Shown: positions 44,249 to 54,395, counted from the stretch's first letter. The stretch is DNA of 64,000 nucleotides from Candidatus Babeliales bacterium (GCA_023128415.1 JAGMEA010000030.1:263-64262); one strand, 5' to 3'. Notes: generated by a model from the letters alone, not told the origin. Numbers and translations: made by a program.

Positions 44249-45442
44249 TTATGTTCCTTCATCCTCTTTTTCTTCAGATGTTTGTCTTCTCAAAAAAGTA
44301 GGAGTATCTAAATCATTTGCATCTAAATCTAGAAAATTACTTGGAAGCTTTTCTGTAGCAGAAACTTCTTTGTCTTTACTTGCAGGAATATCTATAATTT
44401 TCTTTTGAGCATTGGATCTTGCAGCTTCTCTTACTCTACTTACAGATGCCCTAGGCATAGCCATCAATAAATCTTCCTCTTGTTTATCAAATCCAGTTGC
44501 TATAACAGTTATCATGACTTCATCACCTATACCAGGATCAATAACAGATCCTAATATAATTTCAGCATCATCACTAGACTTCTCGTAAATAACTTTTGCT
44601 GCATCATTAATTTCCTGCAATCCTAAACTTGAATCACCAGTAATATTTATAAGAACACCTTTTGCACCTTCAATACTAATATTTTCAAGAAGCGGTGAAT
44701 TAATAGCTGTCATGGCGGCTTGCTTAGCTCTGTCTTCCCCTTTAGCTCTACCTGTACCCATAAGAGCCATTCCCATGCCACTCATGATTGCTCGAACGTC
44801 TGCAAAGTCAACATTGATATGACCTGGTTTCATAATAATATCAGCAACACCTTTAATCGCTTGCTTTAACACATTGTTGACCACAGAAAATGCATCAAGC
44901 ATAGAAATATTTGGATCAACCAAATCTAATAGTTTTTGATTTGGAATAACAATAAGAGTATCAACCTCTTTTCGAAGCAGTGCAATTGCCTCTTCTGCTT
45001 GCTTTAACCTTTTTCGACCTTCAACAATAAAAGGCTTTGTAACAACAGCAACTGTTAATACGCCAAGCTCACGAGCAGCCTTTGCTATAACTGGCGTAGC
45101 TCCTGTACCAGTTCCGCCACCCATACCTGCTGTTAAGAATAAAATATCCGCATCTGCTATGTTTTCAGTGATAAGCTCTAAATCTTCTTCAGCTGCCCGT
45201 CTTCCTATATCTGGATTAGATCCTGCTCCTAACCCCTTGGTTACCTTCTCACCAATTTGTATTTTTATATCCACAGGAGAAACATCTAGAGCTTGGGCGT
45301 CTGTGTTTGTTACAAGAAAATTAACGTCCTGAAGATCGCTGTCAATCATGCTATTGACAGCATTCCCTCCTCCTCCTCCAACCCCCATAACTTTAATGCG
45401 GGCACCAAATGAATTTTTTTCTTCTACTTCAAACTCAATCAT
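44249..45442 (-). CDS. ftsZ: Cell division GTPase FtsZ
   Basis: 397 aa. GVGGGGGNAVN, the tubulin signature AGMGGGTGTGATPVIA, and an acidic C-terminal peptide DLDTPTFLRRQ. Confidence 0.97.
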   Translation of the reverse strand: MIEFEVEEKNSFGARIKVMGVGGGGGNAVNSMIDSDLQDVNFLVTNTDAQALDVSPVDIKIQIGEKVTKGLGAGSNPDIGRRAAEEDLELITENIADADILFLTAGMGGGTGTGATPVIAKAARELGVLTVAVVTKPFIVEGRKRLKQAEEAIALLRKEVDTLIVIPNQKLLDLVDPNISMLDAFSVVNNVLKQAIKGVADIIMKPGHINVDFADVRAIMSGMGMALMGTGRAKGEDRAKQAAMTAINSPLLENISIEGAKGVLINITGDSSLGLQEINDAAKVIYEKSSDDAEIILGSVIDPGIGDEVMITVIATGFDKQEEDLLMAMPRASVSRVREAARSNAQKKIIDIPASKDKEVSATEKLPSNFLDLDANDLDTPTFLRRQTSEEKEDEGT

Positions 45443-45463
45443 TATTTCTCCTCTCCCATTTTC

Positions 45464-46717
45464 CTATAAAAAGTCATAAATCCACGACTTCATTCGCTTA
45501 AATACCCATGAAAATAATGGATCTTGGGAACCCTCACTTAACACAACTTCTTTATCTTTAGCACTATAAACCAAAAGACCATATCCCGTTGAGTACATCG
45601 GACTTTTTAATGAATCCGGAACACTACTATCTAGTTCAGATTTTTTAGCTTCTCTAGGTAAACCGACACGGACCGGCATACCAAAAACTTCTTTTCCTAC
45701 ATCCACAATGCCACTTAACAAAGCACCGCCACCAGTTAAAACAATTCCGTATGGCATAAATGGCTGCAATTTAAATTTTATAATATCATCTAAAATTAAA
45801 TCAAAAACCTCTTTAGCTCGAGATTCCAGAATCTCGAACATATAATCTGTTTCAACTTCAGCAACTCCATTATCTATTTCTAAATCAACAGATATTTTTT
45901 TCCCTAGGCCTGTTTCTTTTAAAACACTTCCATATTTCTTTTTAATCATCTCTGCTTTTTCTAAAGGAATACGCAGGCAAACAGCTAAATCATTAGTAAA
46001 ATGATTGCCAGCTATAGGCAATACTTTAGAATGTCTAATACGACCATCTTTATAAATAGCAAAATCAGAAGTTCCACCACCTATATCTAAAATGCCAACA
46101 CCTAGCTCTCTTTCACTTTCCGTCAAAACAGCATCTGCTGAAGCTAATTGCTCTAAAACAATATCTTCTACAGAAACCCCAGCAAGTTCACAACATTTAA
46201 TTATGTTGCTAGCTGACGAAATATTTCCTGTAATTATATGTACCTGAGATTCTAACCTAACCCCATGCATTCCAATTGAATCTTTAACAACCTCTTGACC
46301 ATCAACCTTAAAATACTGTGGTAAAATGTGTAAAATTTCACGATCACTAGGCATAGGAATAGCAGTAGCTGCCTCAATGACTCTATCAATATCTCCTTGA
46401 GATACATCTCTATTTTTAATTGCTACAATTCCACTAGAATTAAAGGACTGAATGTGCCCACCTGAAATACCAACAGCTGTTGATTCTATTTTAACTCCAG
46501 CCATTTTCTCTGCTTCTTTAATGGCCTTTTTAATAGATTCAACAGTAGTAGTTATGTCTACAACTACTCCCTTTTTTAAACCAAATGACGGATATCTCCC
46601 TATTCCAATAACCTCTATGCCCCCATTGGAATTATATCTCGCAATTAAGGCACAAATCTTTGTAGTCCCTATGTCTACAGCTGACCAGTAATTATTCAGA
46701 ATTACTTTTGCCATCAC
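45464..46717 (-). CDS. ftsA: Cell division protein FtsA
   Basis: 417 aa. Actin-like ATPase motifs AVDIGTTKI, DIGGGTSD and VLTGGGALL. It lies immediately upstream of ftsZ. Confidence 0.93.
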   Translation of the reverse strand: MMAKVILNNYWSAVDIGTTKICALIARYNSNGGIEVIGIGRYPSFGLKKGVVVDITTTVESIKKAIKEAEKMAGVKIESTAVGISGGHIQSFNSSGIVAIKNRDVSQGDIDRVIEAATAIPMPSDREILHILPQYFKVDGQEVVKDSIGMHGVRLESQVHIITGNISSASNIIKCCELAGVSVEDIVLEQLASADAVLTESERELGVGILDIGGGTSDFAIYKDGRIRHSKVLPIAGNHFTNDLAVCLRIPLEKAEMIKKKYGSVLKETGLGKKISVDLEIDNGVAEVETDYMFEILESRAKEVFDLILDDIIKFKLQPFMPYGIVLTGGGALLSGIVDVGKEVFGMPVRVGLPREAKKSELDSSVPDSLKSPMYSTGYGLLVYSAKDKEVVLSEGSQDPLFSWVFKRMKSWIYDFL

Positions 46718-47418
46718 AACCCCTTATTTTTAACGCGAGACTTTACGATAATGCGGTCCCTAAATCTTACATCAAAAATTTCCCCTACCATGTGTATAGG
46801 ATCAACACTTTGTAATTTTTTATTGTCAAAAATGCTTTCTTCATCGGCTAAAATACTATAATTTTTTCCGCCATTTTTAGCATAAAGAAAAATCTCTCTC
46901 TTATTTATGTAGTTGATAGTGTATCTACTTGAAAACTCACGCGGAACCTTTTGCAAAAATTGGTACACAGAAGGCTTAATCTTCTCATCATAATAATCAT
47001 TAGAAAGAGTAAGATTTTTGAGCTTAGTTGAGTCAAAACTTGAAAATTCATCTATAGACAATAAGCGTTTTTTGTCTCCCAAAACTAACTCTTTATTAAC
47101 TAGCCACTCTGGTTCTACTCCAACTATCGTAAGATTTAATCCAGTCAAGCCCATATAATCCCATTTAATCTCTTTAATTACCTTAAACAGCGTTTTAAGC
47201 TCCTTATAGAACAACTTTGGATTTTTTAGCTCTTTAGGTTCTTTAGAACCTAAAACAAAAGTTTTTATCCGTCTCTCCAAATCAGTTGAATATATTTTTT
47301 CAAATTTAATTTCAGAGAGCTTAATAGCTTTATCTTCACCTCTAAAAAGAAGCAATAAGCCTTTATATCCAACAACAGCTAATATCAAAAATCCGAAAAT
47401 TTTAAAAACTTTTCTCAA
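46714..47418 (-). CDS. ftsQ: FtsQ/DivIB-like cell division protein
   Basis: 234 aa with a single N-terminal TM (IFGFLILAVVGYKGLLLLF). The C-terminal FDVRFRDRIIV resembles the FtsQ DLRY motif. It has a 4-nt overlap with the ftsA start and the conserved position. Confidence 0.55.
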   Translation of the reverse strand: MRKVFKIFGFLILAVVGYKGLLLLFRGEDKAIKLSEIKFEKIYSTDLERRIKTFVLGSKEPKELKNPKLFYKELKTLFKVIKEIKWDYMGLTGLNLTIVGVEPEWLVNKELVLGDKKRLLSIDEFSSFDSTKLKNLTLSNDYYDEKIKPSVYQFLQKVPREFSSRYTINYINKREIFLYAKNGGKNYSILADEESIFDNKKLQSVDPIHMVGEIFDVRFRDRIIVKSRVKNKGL

Positions 47419-47608
47419 AATAACCTCTTAATATTTTCACTAAATTAGAAAATAGCCGATTAACTATGCAAGATCTTTAGAAAAAGACTTTTGTAAAAAT
47501 CAACAACATTATAAAAACAAAATAACTTTATTTATAAAAACATTGCTGTTTGTCAATCAAACCTTGTATACTATTCTCTAGAGCCTTATTTCAGGTTCTT
47601 GGGGGGAA

Positions 47609-48226
47609 ATGGTGGATAAAAGATATTTAAGGTTTGTAATGAAAAAAAAGGCATTTTTTCTAGTAACATTTTTATTTTTAGGAAATTTTATATTTCCTAA
47701 AAATTTGGAAGACGAAGGAATCATAAAAAGAATATTAGACGATACAAATCAAAGCGAATTACAGCAAACGGCAAATTTACTAATGCTATTCGTAACAAAT
47801 GAACCACATATAGCTGACAAGATCCTAAATGACGAATCAAAACCAACAGAAATATTTAAGGCAAAAACCGCTGTGTTAGGCACCATTCAAAAGGCATGCT
47901 CTCTAAATTGCTCCTTAAACCAACTTCAATCTGAACCACTTTATCGCATAAGAAAATATGAAGATATTTTGAATAGGATATATAAGAAATTATATGCCAA
48001 ACTAGGAAAGCGCTACAAAAAAATTCTTTATGGACCAAGCAAAGGTAAAGAATTACCTGCAAAATTAAAATTTTTTATTAGAACAGAAAAGGAAGATCAA
48101 CGACTTCTGAGACTGTCTAAAAGATCCAAAATAAACCCTATATCAGTTGAAGAACCTACGAAAACTCTGACAGAGCTGCTTTCTCCTATAATATCATTCA
48201 CAGCAAATTTCTTTAATAAGGCCTAA
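47609..48226 (+). CDS. Hypothetical exported protein
   Basis: 205 aa. The likely real start is the Met at 47639 (MKKKAFFLVTFLFLGNFIFP leader). No recognisable motif. Confidence 0.45.
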   Translation: MVDKRYLRFVMKKKAFFLVTFLFLGNFIFPKNLEDEGIIKRILDDTNQSELQQTANLLMLFVTNEPHIADKILNDESKPTEIFKAKTAVLGTIQKACSLNCSLNQLQSEPLYRIRKYEDILNRIYKKLYAKLGKRYKKILYGPSKGKELPAKLKFFIRTEKEDQRLLRLSKRSKINPISVEEPTKTLTELLSPIISFTANFFNKA

Positions 48227-48963
48227 GCTTTAACTTTTTCAGATAAAATAAAAAGTAGAATTCCAGCTGCAACCGAAGCATTATATGATATATCTGGTCG
48301 CTTTTGAGGCAAAGTAATAAGCTTGCCTTCTTTTTGAACATCTTTAGAAATCCCAATAGATTCACTACCTATGACTAAACAAAGAGGCTTTTTGTACTTA
48401 ACAGTTAAAGCATTTTCACCTTCTAAAACAGCCATATAAAGTGAATAGCCTGCTGCTTTAATTTCCCTTACAGCTGCATTTATAGAGGGAGCCTGATAAA
48501 TATTTAGGTATTCAGCTAATCCAGCAGACGCTTTAAAAGCTGCTGGGGTCAACGAAGCTGCTCCCTTTTTACAAATAACAATACCATCTGCGCCTGTACA
48601 ATAAGCAGATCTTAAAATCGCCCCTAAGTTTCTAACATCTTGAACTGCATCCAACAATAATATGAATGGCTTATTTTTAGGATCAAAAATTTTAGTAGCA
48701 TATTTGAAGGGAGAGACTAGGGCAACTATTCCGGCGTGATCAGAAGTTCCTGCTATTTTAGCAAGTATATCTTTAGAAACATATTGAATGTTAGGAATCT
48801 TTTTAGGAAGATATTGTTTGATTCTATTCCAAGCCTTAGGAAGCGGCTTTGTTGTATAGATTGACATTAAGCGACGCTTTTTGGCCAAAAGCATTTCCTT
48901 TATGGCATGAGGACCATATATCAGCTCGCCCTTTTGTTCTTTTGTTCTTTTTTTGTGATGCAT
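48223..48963 (-). CDS. rlmB: SpoU/TrmH-class 23S rRNA 2'-O-ribose (Gm2251-type) methyltransferase
   Basis: 246 aa. N-terminal substrate-binding LIYGPHAIKEML. SpoU motifs LLLDAVQDVRNLGAILRSA, LVIGSESIGIS and SYNASVAAGILLF. Confidence 0.75.
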   Translation of the reverse strand: MHHKKRTKEQKGELIYGPHAIKEMLLAKKRRLMSIYTTKPLPKAWNRIKQYLPKKIPNIQYVSKDILAKIAGTSDHAGIVALVSPFKYATKIFDPKNKPFILLLDAVQDVRNLGAILRSAYCTGADGIVICKKGAASLTPAAFKASAGLAEYLNIYQAPSINAAVREIKAAGYSLYMAVLEGENALTVKYKKPLCLVIGSESIGISKDVQKEGKLITLPQKRPDISYNASVAAGILLFILSEKVKA

Positions 48964-49034
48964 ATTCTTTTTATTTCAGTTAAATTAAAAGTCCTTGTTT
49001 CAAAAGTTTAACCCAATACTCAAACTAAGGCAAA

Positions 49035-49730
49035 ATGTATATAGTTGAAGGCAATATCGGAGTTGGCAAATCAACTTTTATAAGATTAATTAATAAGTTA
49101 GATTCATCAATTGGAATTGTACCAGAACCCGTTGAAAACTGGACGGGTAAGGAATATGGTCAATCCCTTCTAGCCGAGTTTTATAAAAATCCAAGTCGCT
49201 GGGCATACACTTTGGAAACTCTAGCCATGATGAGCCGTGTAAAAAACCATCTTTTAGAAACTAAAAATTCCAACCCTTTCCGGCTCATGGAACGTTCGGT
49301 ATATTCTGGGCATTATTGTTTTGCCAAAAATGATAAGCAAAATAAATATCTATCTTCCCTTGAATGGCAAATCTACAATTCCTGGATAGACTTTATGATT
49401 CGTAAAAAACTTACTCCACCCCTAGGGTTTATATATTTACAGGCAAAGCCAGAAATTTGTTATGATCGAGTAGTCTGCAGGAATCGTAAAAGCGAAAAAG
49501 AGTTATCTCTAGACTATATGAAACAGATACATAATTGGCATGAAAGGTTTTTAGTTAAAAAAGAAGACCTTTTTGAAAACATCAAAAACGCTCCTGTTTT
49601 AGTTTTAGATTGCAACGAAGACTTTTTGAACAATAAAGATAAAATCAAAAAACATACTGAAAACATAAAAGCTTTTATGTTTCAAACAACAAGCTGTACA
49701 CAACAACCAACTAAAACGCTATCCAAATAA
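49035..49730 (+). CDS. Deoxynucleoside kinase
   Basis: 231 aa. P-loop IVEGNIGVGKSTF, VPEPVENW, the ERS motif (MERSVYSG), and the Arg-rich lid CRNRKSE. Confidence 0.85.
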   Translation: MYIVEGNIGVGKSTFIRLINKLDSSIGIVPEPVENWTGKEYGQSLLAEFYKNPSRWAYTLETLAMMSRVKNHLLETKNSNPFRLMERSVYSGHYCFAKNDKQNKYLSSLEWQIYNSWIDFMIRKKLTPPLGFIYLQAKPEICYDRVVCRNRKSEKELSLDYMKQIHNWHERFLVKKEDLFENIKNAPVLVLDCNEDFLNNKDKIKKHTENIKAFMFQTTSCTQQPTKTLSK

Positions 49731-49834
49731 GCATTAAACCATATTCTTTCCTTTGACTATAAGAATTATTTAGACTAATATTCACCAACTCTACAAAATT
49801 ATAAATTTATACTAATGAATTCAAAAGGAAAAAT

Positions 49835-50197
49835 ATGATAAAAAAACTATTTTTAATAGCCTTAATGATAATACCTAATTTTATAACACCAGTTCCCAGA
49901 AAAAAAATCCACATTTGCGAATCTCCTTGCAAAAAATCAAAAAAATTCACCGCTGGGCTATGGTTAAACATTTCTAGTAGAACCTTATGCGACCTTCAAG
50001 AAGCAATTGCTTCCTTCGAGGGAAATGAAGAGCAATTAAATAAAATAGAGACTGTCTTACAAAAAATACACACCTTAATGGGTTTCAGTAAATTGATGCA
50101 AATCAAAGTACTTATAAGCGCACAGGACTGTGAAGATCCTTATGCTGTTGTCGAAAGAGTTGAAGATGTAATCGGTTGCCTAATTACTCAAAGATAG
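49835..50197 (+). CDS. Small exported protein (120 aa), weak paralog of 50393-50884
   Basis: Leader MIKKLFLIALMIIPNFI. It shares F[TS]A..WL..S...L..L, L[QE]KI..L and a C-terminal [IV]S...[CP]ED..P...V.R.E[DN] with the next gene. Confidence 0.45.
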   Translation: MIKKLFLIALMIIPNFITPVPRKKIHICESPCKKSKKFTAGLWLNISSRTLCDLQEAIASFEGNEEQLNKIETVLQKIHTLMGFSKLMQIKVLISAQDCEDPYAVVERVEDVIGCLITQR

Positions 50198-50318
50198 AAA
50201 TAAAATAACAACAAATCTTATTGTCAAATTGCTTAATTTTATAAAAATAATTCTAAACAAAAAATATCAATCATAAAGCTAACAATGCGCAGCGAAGCAT
50301 AAGCCATCGGTCGACCCT

Positions 50319-50347
50319 TTGACAAGCATGATCAGGAATTCTAATCT
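50319..50347 (+). promoter_or_regulatory. Candidate sigma70-type promoter
   Basis: TTGACA (50319-50324), a 17-nt spacer, then TAATCT (50342-50347), about 45 nt upstream of the ATG at 50393. Confidence 0.35.
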
Positions 50348-50392
50348 CATTATAAAAGGTTAGAGTTGTAACATCATCAAAAGGAAAAAATA

Positions 50393-50884
50393 ATGCAAAA
50401 AAAATTGTTTTTGGTGTTATTTGCAACATTGTTAATTATAAGACCTGTTAGTTGTATAAATTTGATTAGCGATGAAACAACCACATTAACACATCCCGAT
50501 AGTTTTATACATCTAGACGATGATGAAATAATTTCTATCTACTCAGAAGATTCAGAAGATAGTGAAGAAACGCCATTGAAAATTCGCACCTTTTCGGCTA
50601 AAACTTGGTTAGAAACTTCTAAATATATTTTAATAAGCCTAAAATCTTTTTTAGAAAGTAACCCCCTGGAGTTAGAAATAAGTCCAACTTTATCAGCAGA
50701 CTATAAGGAAAAAAAATTAGCTGAAATACAAATAACCTTAGAAAAAATCGAAAATTTAAAAAGAGAATGTGCTAAAAATTTAGATACAATTTTAGTGTCT
50801 GTCGGCCCGGAAGACAGCAAAGAACCTTCTACTATCGTCAGATTAGCGGAAAACGCGCTGACTCTCCCTGATTGTTTTAGATAG
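50393..50884 (+). CDS. Small exported protein (163 aa)
   Basis: Leader MQKKLFLVLFATLLIIRPVSC and an acidic stretch. An 11-bp AT-rich hairpin (50881-50908) overlaps the stop codon. Confidence 0.45.
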   Translation: MQKKLFLVLFATLLIIRPVSCINLISDETTTLTHPDSFIHLDDDEIISIYSEDSEDSEETPLKIRTFSAKTWLETSKYILISLKSFLESNPLELEISPTLSADYKEKKLAEIQITLEKIENLKRECAKNLDTILVSVGPEDSKEPSTIVRLAENALTLPDCFR

Positions 50885-51009
50885 AGATTTTCAGCTAAAA
50901 ATCTCTATAAAAGTTTAATCCTAATCAAATCCAAAAATTACCTCAATAATCTAAGCTTTATAAAAGCAAGCTAACAATACTAAAAATCGCAAGATCACCT
51001 ATTAATTCT

Positions 51010-51038
51010 TTGACTTCTTTTAAGTTTTCTTTTAGATT
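51010..51038 (+). promoter_or_regulatory. Candidate sigma70-type promoter for the tRNA cluster
   Basis: TTGACT (51010-51015), a 17-nt spacer, then TAGATT (51033-51038), about 65 nt upstream of tRNA-Val. Confidence 0.35.
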
Positions 51039-51106
51039 CAATCGTACCTTGAAAATAGCATTTTAGGTTGCAATTGAGCTCAATTAGGGCTAAGTTTTAT
51101 AATGTG

Positions 51107-51182
51107 GGGCGAATAGCTCAGCTGGCAGAGCATCTGCCTTACAAGCAGGAGGTCGCAGGTTCGAATCCTGCTTCGCCCACCA
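51107..51182 (+). tRNA. tRNA-Val (anticodon UAC)
   Basis: Hand-folded cloverleaf, 76 nt with encoded CCA: acceptor GGGCGAA/TTCGCCC, D arm GCTC-AGCTGGCA-GAGC, anticodon stem TCTGC/GCAGG with loop CTTACAA, and T arm GCAGG-TTCGAAT-CCTGC. Confidence 0.9.
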
Positions 51183-51201
51183 GTAACCTGAAATCATACG
51201 T

Positions 51202-51277
51202 TCCTCGGTAGCTCAGTTGGTAGAGCAAACGACTGTTAATCGTTGGGTCGCAGGTTCGAGTCCTGCCCGAGGAGCCA
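51202..51277 (+). tRNA. tRNA-Asn (anticodon GUU)
   Basis: 76 nt with encoded CCA: acceptor TCCTCGG/CCGAGGA, anticodon stem AACGA/TCGTT with loop CTGTTAA, and T arm GCAGG-TTCGAGT-CCTGC. Confidence 0.9.
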
Positions 51278-51286
51278 TTTTTTTTT

Positions 51287-51364
51287 GGGGTTGTAGCTCA
51301 GTTTGGTTAGAGCGTCCGCCTGTCACGCGGAAGGTCGCGGGTTCGAGCCCCGTCAACCCCGCCA
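51287..51364 (+). tRNA. tRNA-Asp (anticodon GUC)
   Basis: 78 nt with encoded CCA, followed by T8: acceptor GGGGTTG/CAACCCC, anticodon stem TCCGC/GCGGA with loop CTGTCAC, and T arm GCGGG-TTCGAGC-CCCGT. Confidence 0.9.
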
Positions 51365-51543
51365 TTTTTTTAAATAAATGTTTAATGTGGTAAAATATAA
51401 TTTTCACTGTATTATTTCTACTGGTCTCTTTAATGCTGATGTTGAAAATTTAACATTATTCCCTATAAATTATTGTCATTATAGGTTATTCATACTATTA
51501 AAGTGACCATTAATCACAAACTTCAAATATAAGGAAATAAAAC

Positions 51544-52251
51544 ATGAAAAAAATAAGATTTCTTTTAGTGTATGCAATATTTGCATCACTCAATACTATA
51601 AATGCTTATAGCACTCATAATAATTGGTCCATATCAGATGAACACTCCCGCATAGTAAAGATGTGTTCTTGTGAAATAGAAGACTTAGAAACATTAGTAC
51701 TGGAAGAAGATTTAATGCTGTTTGCAGAGTTAAGCAAAGATTTAACAGGTAAGGATCATTTCTTACCAATAGCTCAAGAAAAAATAAATTTTTTTAAACA
51801 AAATTTATCTATTCTGCAAAATATTCCCCCAGAAAAATCAAATGTAATAATTACTAGATTTATTGCACTAAGCTCTGTTTTATGTGCATTTTCGTTGCAC
51901 ATTGTATTTTATAATGCACAATGGCCTGCTCGTAAAATAGCAAGAAGAGTATATGAGGAAGTCTGTTCCTCAAATAATATTTGGGATGCTAAAGAACAAA
52001 TTGAAGAACTCACAAAAGCATCAACAATTGAAGAAACAACAGAAAATATAAAGAAACTTAATTGTAAATTCGCAACTCAAGAACAGGTGAAAAGATTGAA
52101 ATCTGTTTTTACGGATGAAACCAAATCAATAAATTTGATAGATACAACTGAATTAGAAGCTCAAATACCACCTCAAGAAAGGCCTTTAAAATTTTTAGTT
52201 ACACTTATAAGACTTTACGCTGATGCAACCAATCAATATGAAAATGATTAA
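51544..52251 (+). CDS. Hypothetical exported/membrane protein
   Basis: 235 aa. Leader MKKIRFLLVYAIFASLNTINA and an internal hydrophobic segment FIALSSVLCAFSLHIVF. A 7-10 bp hairpin (gaaggaa...ttccttc, about 52270-52292) follows the stop. Confidence 0.45.
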   Translation: MKKIRFLLVYAIFASLNTINAYSTHNNWSISDEHSRIVKMCSCEIEDLETLVLEEDLMLFAELSKDLTGKDHFLPIAQEKINFFKQNLSILQNIPPEKSNVIITRFIALSSVLCAFSLHIVFYNAQWPARKIARRVYEEVCSSNNIWDAKEQIEELTKASTIEETTENIKKLNCKFATQEQVKRLKSVFTDETKSINLIDTTELEAQIPPQERPLKFLVTLIRLYADATNQYEND

Positions 52252-52550
52252 TTTATAATAATATATAAAGAAGGAAAGAGATTCGTTCCTTCCTTATACT
52301 ATTTATCCAAAAATATCTCTATTTTCCCATCATCTTATAATTCCTAATATCTCAAAACATCCACCCCTTTGATGGATACAACTATTAAGTATATAATTTT
52401 ATTTGACCCTGACACAATGTTGGAAATTGTTGAAGATGATGTGGAAGAATGTGGAAAATTTATAGAACAAATTGGTAAACGATCATCAAGTATCGTTCCA
52501 ACCAATTGAGAATAAGACAGCAAATCATCCAATTATCATAATTTTGAAAT

Positions 52551-53750
52551 TTAACCAATCTTATAAATTCTATGTTTTCCAACCTTAATTGTCATTCCAA
52601 CAACCCAAGAAACTTCTGATTTAAAATCTTTAATAACATTGTCATCAATTGAAACAGATCCAGATTCTAATAAACGTCTTGCTTCGGAAGATGTTTTGAT
52701 TGCTCCAATTTCCTTCAACAACTCTACAATCCAAACTGGATTTGCAAAATTTTGAGAAAATTTAACTTCCGTAGCTTTTGAATAATCCTTATTCTGAAAA
52801 AGCGCTTCAAATTTTTCCTGTCCTTCCCCAGCCCTCTCTTCAGACCAAAATTCTTTCACAATATCAAAAGCCATCTGTTTTTTTATTTGCATCGGATGTA
52901 ATTTACTGGATTCAACACCTCTTTGCATCGACTTTATATCGCTGTCACTTTTAGCCAACAGTAATTTTAAATAACGCCACATTAATTTGTCAGAAATTGA
53001 CATTAATTTGCAATATGCTTCCCTAGGGTCTTCATTAAGACCAACATAATTTCCCAAACTCTTAGACATCTTTTGAACACCATCAAGACCTTCTAAGATT
53101 GGCATAGTAATGGAAACTTGAGGAGTCTGATCAAATTGTTCCTGCAAAACTCGCCCCATAAGCAAATTAAAAGTCTGATCGGTACCACCAAGCTCAACAT
53201 CGGCTTCTAAGGCTACAGAATCATAGCCTTGCATAACAGGATAAAATAATTCATGCAAACCTATTGGAAGATTTTCTTTAAGTCTTTTTTGAAAATCATC
53301 ACGCTCAACGAGCCTTGCAAGTGTAACTTTTCCAGCAAGCTTTAAAACCTCCTCAAAGTCCATCTTGGAAAGCCACTCAGAATTATATCTAATGGTTGTT
53401 TTCTTTGAATCTACAATCTTTCCAACCTGCTCAAAATACGTCTTTGCATTTTCCTTAATCTGTTCAGAAGAAAGAGGTGGCCGAGTCTTAGATTTTCCGG
53501 AAGGATCACCAATCTTCGCTGTAAAATCACCTATTAGAAAAATAATTTCATGACCTAAATCTTGAAATTGTTTTAACTTTTTTAAAACAACGGCATGTCC
53601 CAAATGAACATCTGGCGCTGTAGGATCAAAACCTAACTTAACTTTCAAAATCTTTTTCTTTTCTAATTTTTTGGTAAGGCCATCTTTGGGTAAAACTTGC
53701 TCAACTCCACTCATTAAAATTTTTAACGATTCTTCTAAACTCTTTGCCAT
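52551..53750 (-). CDS. tyrS: Tyrosyl-tRNA synthetase
   Basis: 399 aa. Class I motifs HLGH (PDVHLGHAV) and KMSKS (QKMSKSLGN). C-terminal S4-like domain SSEARRLLESGSVSIDD. Confidence 0.93.
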   Translation of the reverse strand: MAKSLEESLKILMSGVEQVLPKDGLTKKLEKKKILKVKLGFDPTAPDVHLGHAVVLKKLKQFQDLGHEIIFLIGDFTAKIGDPSGKSKTRPPLSSEQIKENAKTYFEQVGKIVDSKKTTIRYNSEWLSKMDFEEVLKLAGKVTLARLVERDDFQKRLKENLPIGLHELFYPVMQGYDSVALEADVELGGTDQTFNLLMGRVLQEQFDQTPQVSITMPILEGLDGVQKMSKSLGNYVGLNEDPREAYCKLMSISDKLMWRYLKLLLAKSDSDIKSMQRGVESSKLHPMQIKKQMAFDIVKEFWSEERAGEGQEKFEALFQNKDYSKATEVKFSQNFANPVWIVELLKEIGAIKTSSEARRLLESGSVSIDDNVIKDFKSEVSWVVGMTIKVGKHRIYKIG

Positions 53751-53767
53751 GATTACCTTAACTATGA

Positions 53768-54394
53768 TTAAAAAACTAAAAATTCCAAAATACTTCTCAT
53801 TCCCTTAATAGAGGATATAAGTAACTCTCTGGCACTCGGAATTCCCAATAATAAAATAAAAATGAAAATAGAATATCGGGCAAATACAAAATACCAATGT
53901 TTAAATTTTTTAGGAATAAAAGCATACAAAATATGACTTCCATCCAACGGTGGTAAGGGGATGAGATTAAAAACACCTAACATTACATTAACATAAATTG
54001 TAACATCAAAAATTTGATTTAAAGTTAAATTTAAAACTTCATCTTTGGCAGCTGGTGCATATTTTAGAACATATAAAAAAAATATTGCCAAAATAAAATT
54101 AGCAAATGGACCGGCCAGACCAGTTAATACGGAATCGAGCCTAGGACGTTTAAAGTTCTTTGGATTAAACATTACAGGACGCGCCCAACCAACTCTGAAT
54201 AATAATAGAAACAAAATTCCCATAGGATCTAAATGTGCAAGGGGATTAAGAGTTAATCTTCCCATCTTTTTTGCTGTATCATCACCTAAGTAATAAGCAA
54301 CCAAAGCATGAGCAAACTCATGGAAAGTTATAGCTATTAAAAATCCAGGAATAATAATTATTGCCTGTGCTAAAAATAATGAAAATCCATTCAT
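53768..54394 (-). CDS. M50-family (site-2-protease-like) membrane metalloprotease, catalytic motifs intact
   Basis: 208 aa. HEFAH (54308-54322), then LNPLAHLDPMG, and the second metal-ligand motif NLIPLPPLDGSHIL. Confidence 0.75.
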   Translation of the reverse strand: MNGFSLFLAQAIIIIPGFLIAITFHEFAHALVAYYLGDDTAKKMGRLTLNPLAHLDPMGILFLLLFRVGWARPVMFNPKNFKRPRLDSVLTGLAGPFANFILAIFFLYVLKYAPAAKDEVLNLTLNQIFDVTIYVNVMLGVFNLIPLPPLDGSHILYAFIPKKFKHWYFVFARYSIFIFILLLGIPSARELLISSIKGMRSILEFLVF

Positions 54395-54395
54395 A

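Noticed and set aside
50262-50990. Shared 10-mer agctaacaat with loose flanking similarity in two intergenic regions (about 50268-50300 and 50955-50990)
   Set aside because: It is short and AT-rich, and the similarity decays immediately outside the 10-mer. It could be chance, and cannot be judged without genome-wide counts.
51213-51407. 64-aa minus-strand ORF
   Set aside because: It lies antisense across tRNA-Asn and tRNA-Asp. Its GC-rich 'protein' (GLEPAT twice) is just the tRNA T-arms translated.
52252-52550. 300-nt gap with a 62-aa minus ORF and a 30-aa plus ORF (52427-52519); also checked for a T-box leader for tyrS
   Set aside because: The gap is downstream, not upstream, of tyrS; the tyrS leader is only 17 nt. 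Neither small ORF has a convincing RBS or recognisable sequence. Only a terminator-like hairpin (about 52270-52292) is evident.
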